Below, piece after piece: positions 11,765 through 25,730 of a DNA stretch of 64,000 nt. The first letter of the stretch is position 1, and each line of letters opens with the position of its first letter. The stretch spans positions 992,001-1,056,000 of the forward strand of contig CM000152.2 of NCBI GenBank assembly GCA_000004695.1, written 5' to 3'. Below the pieces are notes generated by a model. The model saw only the letters and a program-made list of their open reading frames with translations, searched no databases and had not been told where the DNA came from. This stretch comes from Dictyostelium discoideum. Taxonomy: Eukaryota. A program made the position numbers and the translations under genes.

Positions 11765-11996
11765 TTAATCAAAAATAAATTAAATTGAAAATATTATCAA
11801 CGTTAGATCACAAAACTGTTAAAACTCACATCAACTAATTTTAAAATATAGCTCAACAAATTAAATACTTAAGATAATTTTTTTTTTTTTGGTTTTTTTA
11901 ATCAAAAAATAAATTAAATTAAAAATATTATCAACATTAGATCACAAAACTGCCAAAACTCACATCAACTAATTTTAAACATAGCTCAACAAATAA
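11765..11996. repeat. Two copies of a ~100-bp imperfect direct repeat (about 90% identical, ~133-bp period) in the divergent intergenic region
   Basis: Copy 1 is ~11765-11862 (ttaatcaaaaataaattaaattgaaaatattatcaacgttagatcacaaaactgttaaaactcacatcaactaattttaaaatatagctcaacaaatt). Copy 2 is ~11898-11996 (ttaatcaaaaaataaattaaattaaaaatattatcaacattagatcacaaaactgccaaaactcacatcaactaattttaaacatagctcaacaaata). Each is preceded by a poly-T run. Confidence 0.85.
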
Positions 11997-12447
11997 TATT
12001 CTTTGTAATATTTTTTTTTATAATTAAAAAAAAAAAAAAAGAAAAAAAAAAAAAAAAAAAGAAAAAAAGGGAAAGAAAATTAGAAATTTAGAAATTTTAG
12101 GGTTGTACATAAAAATACCAGATTGTACAATTTCTGATTTTTTGTAAATTTAATGTAAAAAAAAACAAATTTATAAATAAGCCACACGATTTTTGATTAC
12201 AACCATTTGATTACAATAAAATTAAAGATTTTTTTTGATATTTTGAAAAGAAAAAAAAATAAAATTTAAAAAAAATAAAATAATTTTTAATGATTTCTTT
12301 TTTTTTTTTATTTTTTTTATTTTTTTTTTTTTTATTTTTAGAACAACCTAGATTTTTTTTTTTTTTTTCACACTACTTTTTTTTTTTTTTTTTAAATATA
12401 GAAATAATAATAAACAAATTTATTTTTTTAAAAAAAAAAAAAAGAAA

Positions 12448-14232
12448 ATGATTATAAAATTAAATAAATTTATTACATTATTAATTTTATTAATAATAAT
12501 TAATTGTAATTTTCAAATTGTAAAAGCTGATGCTGAATCAAAAGCATTAGATATTATTAATAGATATCGTGACATTGGAAGATATACATTTTTTACAACT
12601 GATGGTCATGTAAGTTTTCTTGTCATAATCATAATATTGACACACTCACACAATTATTATAACCATAGTGGTTTTCAATTTATTAACTATAAATATTAAA
12701 ACTACAACAAATAATTATAGTTAGAACATTATCCAGAAGGATTTTGTGGTGGTATACAAGATCTTAACGATTGTAAATGGGATGAATATATTGAAGCAGT
12801 AGTTTTATTATCAGGTATTGCATTGGTAATTGGACTTATAACATTAGTATTTGGTATAATATTTTGGATATTCAGATGTATTTGTTTTGGAGGTTGTAAT
12901 GCTACCCATGGTTTCTTTTGTCCAAAAACAAGATATGATCCAGATATTGGTGAAGGTTACAAAAGTGGTAGTGTTTTCATTTTGAAAATAGTGACATTGG
13001 TTATGGTAGCAGGCTGTGTTGCAGTTTTCATTACAGCTCTTAAAGGTAACTCATCAACCACATCTGGTATTAATAATCTTAGTGATACAATTTTCAATAA
13101 GACCTCTTACATATTAGATGAATTGGTTGGAATTAGTATTGAATTAAATCAAACTAAATATGAACAATTTGGAGAAAGAGTTGAAATCCAAAATCAATTA
13201 AATCAAATCATAGATTATGGTAATGACATTGAAAGTAAAGGTGAAACCGTTAGTGATAATGCAAAGGATGTAAATACAATTAGAAATAAGATCATTGTTA
13301 TTGGTTTAGTTTTTTGTGTTATCAATGCTGGTACAATTGGTGTTGCTGCTCTATTCGGTCTTCCAGCTATGGCACGTTCCGCAGCAATGAGTTTGGTTTT
13401 CTTAATTCCATTTATGTGGATTGTTTTCTCTGTTCATTATCCAATCAATAGTGTAGTTGCCGATATTTGCATGAGCTACAATAATAACACTGGAAGTATC
13501 GAGCAACAGTTGGCCAATTATACAAATCCTATCGTTTCAGAAATTTTTGGAACCTGTCAAGATTCCAATAACTTTAATTCATCTGCATTGAAAAATTTAG
13601 ATACAACAGTGGTTAATCTCATTCAAAATGCTACCTCCTCAACCTGTGATAAAATTAATGACGCTTGTCAAGTAACATTCCCACGTTATCCAAACGATGA
13701 TCCAGCTGCAATTCCATATAATCAAAATGTTTTAGATTGTCCACCAAGTGTCACCTGTGGTAATAGTACAATTGGTATTTACATTTACAATTCAACCGTT
13801 CATAATTTCCAATATAAATGTAAGAATAGTGCCAACTGTGGTGATACTTCAACTTGTGATACATCGAATCCACTCAATCTCATGACATGTGGTTGGGTTA
13901 ATGTTACCTCTGTAAATGAATGTTCTCAAGGTAATTGTATATATAATAGCAATACTCAAGTCACTGATGCTGCCAAAGATATAGTTAATTTCTATGATAT
14001 TTTAACCTCGCTCATCAATATTTGGACTCAACAATTCTCTCCATTATTCAAATGTTCATCCATCTTGTCTTTTATTGATGATGTTCAAAATATTGTTTGT
14101 GTTGATGAAGTAAATGCTTTAGATCTTATCGTTGCTCCAACAGCTGTATTTGCTATTTTATTAACTGGACTTGGAATAACTGGTGTCCTTGGGTCTAAAA
14201 GATTTGACTCAAAAATGAGAGCTAAAAAATAA
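12448..14232 (+). CDS. Multi-pass membrane glycoprotein with Cys-rich extracellular loops. Exons 12448..12609 and 12721..14232, about 558 aa
   Basis: Exon 1 (signal peptide MIIKLNKFITLLILLIIINCNFQIVKA...TDGH) ends before GTAAGT at 12610. The acceptor ataattatag|TTA is at 12720/12721, phase 0. There are predicted hydrophobic segments at ~WIFRCICFGGC, ILKIVTLVMVAGCVAVFITAL, IIVIGLVFCVINAGTIGVAALFGL/LVFLIPFMWIVF and LIVAPTAVFAILLTGLGITGVLG. Many N-x-S/T sites and a Cys-rich ~220-aa loop. No family recognised. Confidence 0.55.
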
Positions 14233-14467
14233 TTTATTTAATAACATATTTATAAATGTAACTTCCGACAAAAAAATAAAAAAATAAAAAAATAAAAATA
14301 AAAATAAAAGTTACTTTTGATCAATCAAAATTATCGCTCACCACTTTGACTTTTATTTTTTGATTTAACAAGATTGGAAGACCAAAAAGAAAAAAAAAAA
14401 AAAAAAAAAAAAAAAAGAAAACATTTTATATATAACATTTATTTTTATTTTTTTTTTTTTTAATTTA

Positions 14468-15144
14468 TTAAAAGGTTTCACTTGGTTTATACATTTTTGA
14501 AACTTGAATTATACCAGTCTTATACTCAGGATTTTTGAGGGTATCTTTTAATAATTTTTGACAACTTGGAAGGAAAGAGATGATACGATAAAAGGTAGTA
14601 ATATTTATTAATAAACGTTGATCAATTTGAATGCCTTCAGTATTTTCTGTGAGTTTCTTATAGATCATGTGGAATTTAATGAAACATGAACGTTCTACAA
14701 AGAAATTTAATAAGGACTTGACATCTTTTTCACTGTATTTAGTATCGATTGACAAAGTGCCAGGTGCACGAAGTGCATTTTTTCTAGTTTCATAACTAAC
14801 CAAACTAAATAATTTACTTAGGTAATGTAGTGCATTTGTTAAAACTACATTACCAGCATTCAAACTGATTATATCCATTAATGCATTTAAATATTTACTC
14901 TTCTCCAAGTATTCAATATGACCATGATGGAATCTTATCATTTGAAAGAATAATCTCCAAACATTACGATTGAATTCAACATTCTTACCATCTCTACATG
15001 CTGGAATTAAAAATTTATTATAAAGATTACCTTCTTTTTTAATTGAATCGAAAATTTCTGATTGTTTTAATAATTGTCTTAATGCAATTAACATATCTAA
15101 AAATAATAAATGATAATAATAAAAATTTTAATTAATAATTTGTA

Positions 15145-15223
<79 letters not shown>

Positions 15224-18200
15224 GGTTTTTTTTTTTTTTTTTTTTTTTACTTACTTGTTTTAATTATTGAACAATATCTATTATTATCAAGTGAAGAATT
15301 TTGTAAAAAACCTATAATTTCAAATAATAAAGTTGGAGAAATAGCAACACCAGTTTCAACATCGTTTTGTTTCTTTGGATCAACTTTACCACCACTTTTA
15401 ATGCTATCACTATTTTTGAAAAGATTAAATTTAGCTAAAACCTTACAGAGTGAAGCGAATACTTTTGAAACGATTTGTGTACTTTGAGTGAAATTTTTAC
15501 ATTTTACAATTGCATTACAAAGTTGGAAAAAGATTGAATCATTCAATATAAATTTGTAGATTGGTTTTGGAATTGGTGTACTATTGATATTCTCTAAAAC
15601 TCCAACACAGAAATTAAATGTTAACTCAGAGATGAGACTAATGGAAGGTATTGCTAATTTTGGACCTTCTTTCATTGTGGTTAGATCTGTTAAATGTTGA
15701 GATTCATTCTTTTTAATACTTTCAGCATATGAAGCCATTAAAAACTCCTTCCAAGGATCTTCTTGAAGAATTTGATATAATCTTTTAGCTGCGAATCTTG
15801 AATGTGAGAATTTACTTGCTGATAAATCACGGATATGTGTCAAGAGTTCACCTTTTAACAATGATTGAACCGTTGGTGATTCAGACATTTTAATTAATTG
15901 AATCAATACAAAGAGGAAACAATTGCTAACCAAAATTGATTTTCTACCCAATGCTTTAAATATTTTATATAAAAACTCTCTATCATTTTGAAATTGAATA
16001 CCAATTCTTTCGGCTGCATCTTTTCTTGAGGAATTTACAAAACCAAGAATACCAACATTGTTTGAAAAGAAATTTAAACGCTCTTGAATTATACCTAAAT
16101 AATAATATACAAATACCAATCTGACCACTTCTTGTGTTGAACCTTTAAAGATGGATGGTGTTAACATTTCATTCAAATGGGTTGGATAAGTGAATAGATC
16201 CAATGGTACAGCATCAAAGAAGGAAATGGCACGTGCCAATCTATAGAGGGATTGTAAATCTTTTGAAAAGAGAATATTTTCAATGACCATTGTACCCTTT
16301 AATTCAGAGGTTAACACCAATAATACCAATGATGATATTTTTCCAAGTGCTAATTTCTCATTGGTTAGATCCAAAAATTTAAGTAACTCTGGGAAACTAT
16401 CGGTATTGATCAATGAAAGGAATGTATTACTACTAACACTTGGTGTATTTGGATGTGTACTAATACTACCACCTGAATGACTTCTTGGTGATGAACCACG
16501 CTCCACTACTGCTGCCAATTGTGATTGTGTTCTTGGTGATTCCAATGAACTTGAATTGGTTGGTGAAATTTTACCACCACCACCTGGTGAACCAATGAAA
16601 CTAAATGAACCTGTTGAACCTTGACGATTTGGTGGTGAACTTAACAATGATGAGCCACTTGGAATATGTGGTGACGATGGTGGTTGACCACCTCCAATAC
16701 TACTACTACCAGGACGAACTATATTTGGTGAAGTACCTGATGAAGTGGAAATACCACCACCGCTGGCACCCCCACTACCACCCCCACTACCACCACCAGC
16801 ATTGATGAAAACTGATGGTACAATTGCTGGTAACATTGGTATGGCTGGTGCATATAATCTTAGATCCACTTGATCGAATGTCTCTTGAAATTTATCTAAA
16901 AAGTGGGCAGAGTTATTAACCAATGACCAAACACCATTTTGTAAGTCAAATCCTGGTGCTGCAACCAACTGTTCAATATCTAATTTCTTCTCTTGTAGCT
17001 CCATTGGTGTGTAACCGCCTTCACTCCAACTATTTAATGCATCCAAACGAAAACTAAATTGTAATCTCTGTTCATAGGTTTGAAGTATCTTTGTATATTG
17101 ACGTCTATCTTCTTTGGTACCAACATTGGTGGTATTGTTAATGGAATGCATTGCAATATAGTTTGCTGTCTCTTTATCTTTATCTTTTTCACTTTTTCCA
17201 CTTGATCCACTTGTACCACTCATATTTAAACCACTTCCACTGCCACTACCAGAACCACTACCACCACTGCCACCACCAGAACCACCTTGTTGTTGGCCAC
17301 CAGTTGCTGATGATAAACTATGAGCGGTTGGCATTTCAAGCATACCTAAAAAGTATTGAAGATTCATATCTGGTGCTAATAGTTTATTGAAATTAATTGG
17401 TAATTCTGGTATTGGGAAAGAATGTTCAACACGTTTACCATCTGCCTCACTATTAATATCGAGACGACGTAATGCTTTCAAAGATAATGGTGGTAAGATC
17501 GAGGATTTCTTTGATACTGATTCTCTCCAACCACTTTGAATGTTTGGCATTAAAAAGTGATTTGCCCAAAGACCACCTCTAAACCAAGTGGAGGTTTGAC
17601 GTTGAATCGTTAACTTCTTTCTATACCAACGATCAATGGTTTCTGTAATCTTTAATTTTTCATCGGAATCTAAAGTTTTCCAAACTTGTGATGGTGGTAA
17701 CTCTTGATCGATTGAGAACAAATGATCGTACTCTGTATGCTTCAAATTGGATTGTGATAAAATTCTATTGAATATCATTGTTTCCTCTGTTATAATTGGA
17801 CGAATGATTGGACGAAGTGTCCAATTGGATTGATTCTTTGCCATTTCAAAATCCATTTCCAACATATGTCTTGCTGATCCACCCAACTGATGATTACCAC
17901 CAACACCATCTACCCCGCTTCCACCACTACCACCACCACTACCATCATCTGTTGATAATTCTGAATTCTTTGGTAATTGAATGAATTGACCTGGATGAGG
18001 TGGAAGGATTGAAGTTTTAGTGATAACTTCATGTGCCCAATTCTTCATGGCATATTCATACTCTTCATAGGTTGAGAATAAATCTGGATGTGGTTCAGTT
18101 AGAATCAATTGAGAATCCCATGGGTCCTTTTGAAGGAACCAACTCTCATGATCCATACCAAAACCTGAACCTGATCTACCCATTTTACCATACATTGAAC

Positions 18201-19515
18201 TATCCAATGATTGTGAATCTGCTAGACGACTTTGTAACATGGAATGTTTGGGTGAAAGTGAATTGGAACGTTGATTTCTCTGATCGAAATATGTAATACT
18301 ATTGGTTCTACTTCTTGTACCATTTGCTACAAATCCTGCCAATGATCCTGTACTTGGACTACCATCCATTGGACTTGATCCATCCAATTGTGTACCTTCA
18401 AATGATCCTGTACTTGTATCACTATTTGAACGTTCACGTAAATTTATACCAGAGTTTGGATGATTTAATGTTACACCATGGTTGGTGCCTTGTGAGGAGG
18501 CATTATCTTTATTTGAGGTATTATCATGATTATCACCGCCGCCACCAACTGATAATGAACTTCCATTGTTACCTCTTAATGTTGGAGAATGTGAAAAGGA
18601 CTCACCATCATCATTAACTGAGGAATTAGTTTCCTTAATATCAGAATCTGTTAATTTTCTTTCAATGTCATAAGAGATGGAATCATCATTTGATGCTTCT
18701 GAATTCTTTCTAAATAATTGTTCGTGAATTACCTTTGGTCTTGGGTAAGTTCTACCAATTGAATGTGGTAATTGAATTATACCAAGATTTTGTTCGACTT
18801 GTCTCTTCCATTCAACCAATGATTCTTCATAATCCATATAATCATCAAATGCCATTGACTCTGGAAATGATGTATATATTTGATCGGTTGAATTAAAATT
18901 TAAATATGGTGTTAAATCGCTTATAGAATTATTCTTTTTAATTTGTTTACTATTATTATTATTATTTGGTGGTGGTGGTGTTGTAGATGTTGTAGTTGGT
19001 GGTGATGGTGATGATGAAGATGATGAAGAGGATGATAATGATGGTGATAAACCAGTTTGTGGTAATGGTTCATCAATTCCAATGATTTTAATTGGTATAT
19101 AATATTTATTATATAATGTTCCATTTGCTCCTAAAAATAGTGGTGTTTTATATTCCTCTGATTCTATATTAATATTAATTGGTTTCTTTATATTCTCTAT
19201 AATATCTGGTCCTGAATATTCCTCACCACCTAAAATATCATTAAAATAATTATTATTTTATTTTATTTTATTTTATTAATAATTTATTTATTTTTTTTTT
19301 TTTTTTTTTTTTTTTTTACTATGGTAATAAATAATTTGCTATGGGAAAATTAATTGATGATGATAATTACTTAAGAATCTAAATGCGTGTGGTTGTCCAG
19401 GTGTACCTTGTGGTTCTAAATTTAAAGCAGCTCTTCTAAAACTTTTAGCTTTAGAAAAGGTACCTCTTCTATTTGTACTTGGTGTTGTACTAAGCGAAGG
19501 ATCTAATGATGACAT
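14468..19515 (-). CDS. Large (~1580 aa) protein, function unknown, 3 exons: 19371..19515, 15255..19229, 14468..15096. N-half Ser/Gly/Asn-rich and disordered; C-half alpha-helical
   Basis: ATG at 19515 (MSSLDPSLSTTPSTNRRGTFSKAKSF...). Donor A|GTAATT at 19370, acceptor ttttag|GT at 19230/19229, in frame with the long ORF (MAFDDYMDYEE...). Donor ACA A|GTAAGT at 19254-19253 (corrected by hand). Acceptor tttttag|AT ATG at 15097/15096, phase 1, giving ...SIIKT-N-MLIALRQLL... Intron 2 (15097..15254) contains an (ATT)~29 microsatellite. No conserved family recognised from the sequence alone. Confidence 0.55.
15146..15232. repeat. (ATT)n microsatellite, about 29 units, inside intron 2 of the 14468..19515 gene
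   Basis: Direct reading of attattatt... from ~15146 to 15232. Confidence 0.9.
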
Positions 19516-19536
19516 GTTATTTTATTTTTTTTATTC

Positions 19537-19570
<34 letters not shown>

Positions 19571-19731
19571 TTTTGACTACTATTTACTATTACAAATTTT
19601 TGTGATTATATGTTATTGATTATTTATTTTAATGTTATATGGTGCAATGGTATAATCTTTTTTTTTTTTTTTAAAAAAAAAAAAATTTTATTTTATTTTA
19701 CAAATTAATATTATTATTATTATTATTATTA

Positions 19732-19782
<51 letters not shown>

Positions 19783-20295
19783 ATTTTCTATATAAATATA
19801 TATATATATATGTCTTTTATTATTATTATTATTATTATTTTTATTTTTATTTTCTTATTACTATTATTTTTATTGTGCTATAAAACCTAGTGATATTTAT
19901 TTTTAAAAATTTTAGTGGTGAAAAAAAAAAAAAAAAATAATTAATAAAAAAAAAAAAAAAAAAAAAAAAAATATTTTTTTTTTTTTTTTTTTTTTTTATT
20001 TTTTTCATTTTTTAAAAAATTAAAAAAAAAAAATTAAAAAAAAAATTTGGCAAGAGTTTTGTTTTGTTTGTTTTGTTTTTTTTTTTTGGGTAAATCTGTA
20101 TTTATATACAAATATTCAAAATTATATATCTAAATTTGATTTGATTTATTAATTTATTTGTTTTTGATTTTTTGATTATTTTATTATTATTTTTCAAATA
20201 AAAAAAATAATATTTTATAAAAACTAAAAAAAAAAAAAAATAAAAATAAAAAAAAAAAAAATAAATATTAAAAAAAAAAAATTGCGATGATAAAT

Positions 20296-20450
<155 letters not shown>

Positions 20451-20937
20451 CTTTTGAACATTGAGAACTAAAAAAATTGTTTAAAAAATTATTTACTTTT
20501 ATTTTATTTTTTTTTTATAGTTAATTTTTTTTTTTTTTTTTTTTTTTTTTATTATTTCTTTTAATTTAAACAAATTATAATAAATACTATTTGTTTAAAT
20601 AAGGAAAAGTTTTTTTAAAATAAATTTTTTTTTTTCTTTTTTAAATAATCCTATTTTTAGAAATATAAAAAAAAAATAATTATTTTTAATAGCCCAATTT
20701 TTACTATTTCCCGCCATTTTTTTTTTTTTTTCCAACTTTTTTTTTCAATTTTTTTATTTTTTTTTATTTTATTTTTTACTTTAAAAAATAGTTTTTTATT
20801 TTATTATTTCTTATTTTTAATATCTTTTTTCATGTACACATAAAAATATATATATAATTAAGTTTATCTATATAACACATATAAAATATTTATATTAAAA
20901 AAAAAAAAAAAAAAAAACAAAAAAAACCAACTCAGAA

Positions 20938-21826
20938 ATGGTCAGAAAGGGTCGTAATAATAGTAATGATGATGATGACGATAGTACTATAGGTAGACAG
21001 TCAAAGAATAATGGACTTGATAATATATTAGATTTTGGAATCTCTAAAATACCACAAGAAACATTAAATTCAATTTGGAGAGGTGATGAATTACCAAGAG
21101 ATGGAAGGGAAATTGCTAATCATATTGCCAATAGTATAAAGAATGAACAATTAGAATCAGTTTTAAAATATTTAAGAATGATATCAAACAATATACCAGA
21201 ATTAGATATTTCAACTATAAGTTATTCATCACAACAAAAAAAACATTCACAACAAAAGAAACAATCAAAAAAGAAACAAAATGTAAATAATAATAATAAA
21301 AATAAAAATAAAAAGAAATCTTCAAAAAAGAAAAAAAATGAAAGTGAAGATGAAGAGGATGAAGAAAATGAAGAAGAAAAAGAAAAAGAAAAAGAAGAAG
21401 AGGAAGAAAAAGAAGAGGAAGAGGAAATTTTTGAAAAAATGGAAGAAGATACGGAAGTACAAACATCTAATCAATTTATTGAATTTTTAGAATTAAATGA
21501 AATATCAGTTCAAAATTTATCAGCAATATTATATTGGTTAATAACAAGTACTGGTGTAAAGAATCAAGAGGTTAAATTTAATGCTGCTTCCATTTATTCT
21601 CGTATGATTGTTTTAGCAAGAAAATCATTTCATCCATTCATTTTCAGATCAGTAATGAAATTATTTTCAATAAAAAAACCAGAAGTAAAGACACCATTTT
21701 CAAATAAAGAGAAAAAAGATTCTTCTAAATCGCAATCATCACAATCACAAGAAGATAATGAAGAGGACGAGGAACAACAAGAAGAAGAAGAAGATAATGA
21801 TGAAAATGATGATGGTGAAAAGGAAA

Positions 21827-21885
<59 letters not shown>

Positions 21886-24800
21886 GAATTAAATCAAAAA
21901 ATTTGGTTAAAAAAAGTTTGTATATTATTAGAAGATATAGATTGGTTATTTTATAGATTTTCATTGGCAACATTTAGTGAACCATTAACCAATTCAATTG
22001 AATCGATTGCAAATCTTGCACGTAGTCAAAACTTTAAAAAGGTTAAATCTAAAGGTCTGAGAGTTAATAACCAATTGGAGCACGATGAAAAGAATGTAAT
22101 TGATTCAGCATTCAAGATATTGGCTAATTTAACCCAAGAGAATAGACATGGACCATTACAAATTGTATTACCAATCGTTTTGAAAGAATTTATCAATACT
22201 CTCACATTAAATCCTGGTAAAATCATACCACCAACCGTCCCAAAACAATTAATTATGGATCGTGATTTCGTTTTAACATTCATTCATAATACTTTATTAC
22301 CAAATTCAAACACTCATGAACATATTCATATTTTAATTCAACATATTTGTATGAGGGTAATGGATCGTTCAGAATATAGAAATCATACAGTTGATTCAAT
22401 CACTAAAATATTTTCAAGTCTTTCTTCTCATCAAAGATTTATAAATAGTTTCTTTTTAGCTTATTCTAAAAATACAAAAGTAAGTATTTTTTTTTTTTAA
22501 AAAAAAAAAAAAAGTGTAAAATTATTATTATTATTATTATTATCATTTTTATTAACAATAAAATATTGTTTTTTACACAATTGTTAGAGTCATTTTAGAT
22601 CATTTTCAGTTGAAGTATCACTTTCATTATTACAAAATTTTAAATCAATTAAAGAAAATTTCCAAGTTGAGGAAGAGTTATTAATTCAACAACTTTTAGG
22701 TATACTTGTAAATAGATCATCTGATAAAGTTTCGGTTGTTCGTTCAAAAGCACTTTCTTGTCTTTCAATATTATTTGAAAATATAGAAACTTTGGATTTA
22801 ATCAAAAATCATTTAAAAAATGTATTTGATCTTGATCATTATGAAAATAAAAATGAAAATGATGCTGATAATGTTCAAAAGAAAATGATAGATTCTGATG
22901 ATGAAGATGAAAAATCAAATAATAAAAATAACAATAATAATAATGATAATAATGGAAAGAAGAAACCATCATTATTATCATTCCTTTCAAAGAGATCAGA
23001 AGATGAAAAGAGTGCAGTTAGAAAATCAGCATTACAAGTATTAGAAGTTATATCTTTACAAAATGGTGCAACAAAACCAATTTTAAATATTTTATTAAAG
23101 AAAACAAATGATTCATCACCATTAGTACGTAAACAAGTTATTTCAACACTCACTCTATTATTAAAATCATATCCAAATGATATGGCAATCATTGATACTT
23201 GGAGAAAAGCTGTAATACCATTAATCACTGATAGAGAACAAACTATTATGGATAAATCTTTAGATTCTATTAATGAAATTTTATTTGGTTCAATTTTAAA
23301 TCCTCAAAAGTAAGTTTTCTTTTTTTTTTTTTTAATTTTATTTCCAAACTAATTTAATAGTTTTATTAACTTTTTTAATTAAATTTATTTATTTTAAAAG
23401 TAATAATTTTATTTGGAAATTATTAAATGATATTTCAATTGAGATGAAACCATATTTACACAAGATTTGTGGATTAATGTCATCAAGAAAAATGATAACA
23501 CCACAATTGATAAAGAGTGTTCAATCAATTATTAAAGCATCAAAGGATGAAAATATTTCAGGTGGTTGGACATTATTTTCAGAGATTTCATATTGTTGTC
23601 CTGATAAATTGGATCAAGCATTAGTAATTGGTGCTTGGAATAGATTAAAAGTACAAGTTGAAGATCATTCATTATCCAATGAAGAACATGCGGAAAAAGT
23701 ATCATTATTATGCTCAGTTTTAACGGTTATTGAAACTTTATGTACTAGTATCTTACCATTGGATAAATCCAATGCATTATTCAATGAAATCTATTCAATG
23801 GTTATTAAATTTTCATATGATCCAACCATTACTCAATTATTCATAATCATTTTAGTAAAATTAACAACCAGAATTTGTAAGTCTGATGGTTTATCAAAAG
23901 TTAATAGTGTAATTGCTGATTGGACCAATAATATTTTAAAGATTTGTGATGAAAGGTTATCAAAATATGCACTTCCAAATTTATTATCAACTACAACAAT
24001 CAAAGCAACCTCAAGCGATGAAGAGAATCTTAATAAAAATGATGATATTGGTGGCGTAGCACAATCAAAAAAGAATGAAAAACAACAACAAGAAGATAGA
24101 ATTGCATTATATTTATTTACAATTGGTGAAATTATTCAAATACCACAATCAATAATACCAGGTAGATTAAGAATTGTGGTACAAGCATTGATTGCACCAA
24201 GATTAATGGGTGATGAAGGTGAAATTATTCCAGTATCAATTCGTGCTCATGCATTTATTACTTTGGGTAAACTATGTTTAGGTGATGATAAAATGGCAAA
24301 GAAATGTATTGCAACCTTTGCAAAGGAACTCGAGATATCCGAATCTCCAATCATTAGAAACAATGTTATGGTGGTAATGTGTGATCTTTGTATTAGATAC
24401 ACTCAATTAGTCGATAACTATATACCAAATATTGCAATGTGTTTAAGGGATCCAAGCGAATTGGTTAGAAGACAAACATTGGTATTATTGACACGTTTAC
24501 TTCAAGAGGATTATGTAAAATGGAGAGGTTCTTTATTCTTTCGTTTTGTTGAGGCATTGGTTGATCCATCACCAATCGTTAAACAATTTGCAAACTATTG
24601 CTTAATGAATGTATTACAAGTTAAATATGGCACAATTCAAGGTGGATCAAGTGGTGGTGCTGGAGGTGCTGGTGGTGCTGGTGGTGCTGGTGGTGCTGCA
24701 AATTCAAATAAAGATCATCATGGAAATGTATTTTTTACTCATTTCCTCGAGACTATTTTCGTATTGAACAACTGTAAAGCTCATCCAAACTATAATCAAT

Positions 24801-25689
24801 TATCAGCAAATCCATCATTTTCATTGGCAAATATTCGTAATGCTGCCAATGGTAATGCAGCTCAATTTTCACATCATGGTCAAGAGAATTTCGAAAAGAG
24901 AATGTCAATCTATACAACTTTTCTTACAAATATGAAAGATGAACATAGATTCCTTACAATGAATAGATTGGTAAAAGATATCCTATTGGAAGTCTCTGAA
25001 GAAAGATTTGATATTGAACAATGCTATGGTGTAGTCTATGATACTCTCTCAATTTTAGCTTCAAAAGATATTAAACTTCAATCAATCAATGCTTTAAGAT
25101 CTGCAATTGAAAATGCTGATGGTGAAGAAATGTCAGAGAAACAAGTACAAACCGAAGAGGCAAAAGGTAAATTATTAACACTTGTTCAAAAGAAAGCAAT
25201 CATTGAAAGTATCATTCCAATTTTGGTTGAACTTAAAGCCTTATTCGAGAAGAAAAGATCAAATTTAACTCGTTTGGTAGTTGCATTCTTTAGAGAGTTA
25301 TTTAAAGATTATAAAAAAGAATTATCGGAATTTCTTGCTGCCAATAGACAATTGGAGAAGGAAATTGAATATGATATTAAAAATTTTAATAAGAAACAAG
25401 TTCAATCACCAATGAAACCAAATCAACCACCACCACAATCATCTGTACAATCTGGTCAAACACCAATGAAACCACGTCGTAGTCTTGGTGGTATAAATGG
25501 TGCAAATGGTTCCCCCTCAGTTGGTACACCAACTAAACCTGATATGTCCAATTTCTTGGTACCACAAGTTCGTACTCCTAAACCACCTGGCACAAATAGA
25601 CGTTTATCAATTGCTACAACTACTCCAACATTGAAACCATTTAATCAACCATTAGGTAGACTTTCTGTAACTCCAATGAAACCTTCACC

Positions 25690-25730
<41 letters not shown>

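Noticed and set aside
15110-15487. Poly-Ile ORF (+ strand)
   Set aside because: Translation of the intronic (ATT)n microsatellite. The minus strand here carries the real exon/intron structure.
18921-19124. His-rich 67-aa ORF (minus strand)
   Set aside because: Out-of-frame reading of the Ser/Pro-rich segment of exon 2 of the 14468..19515 gene. The in-frame translation is continuous with MAFDDYMDY...
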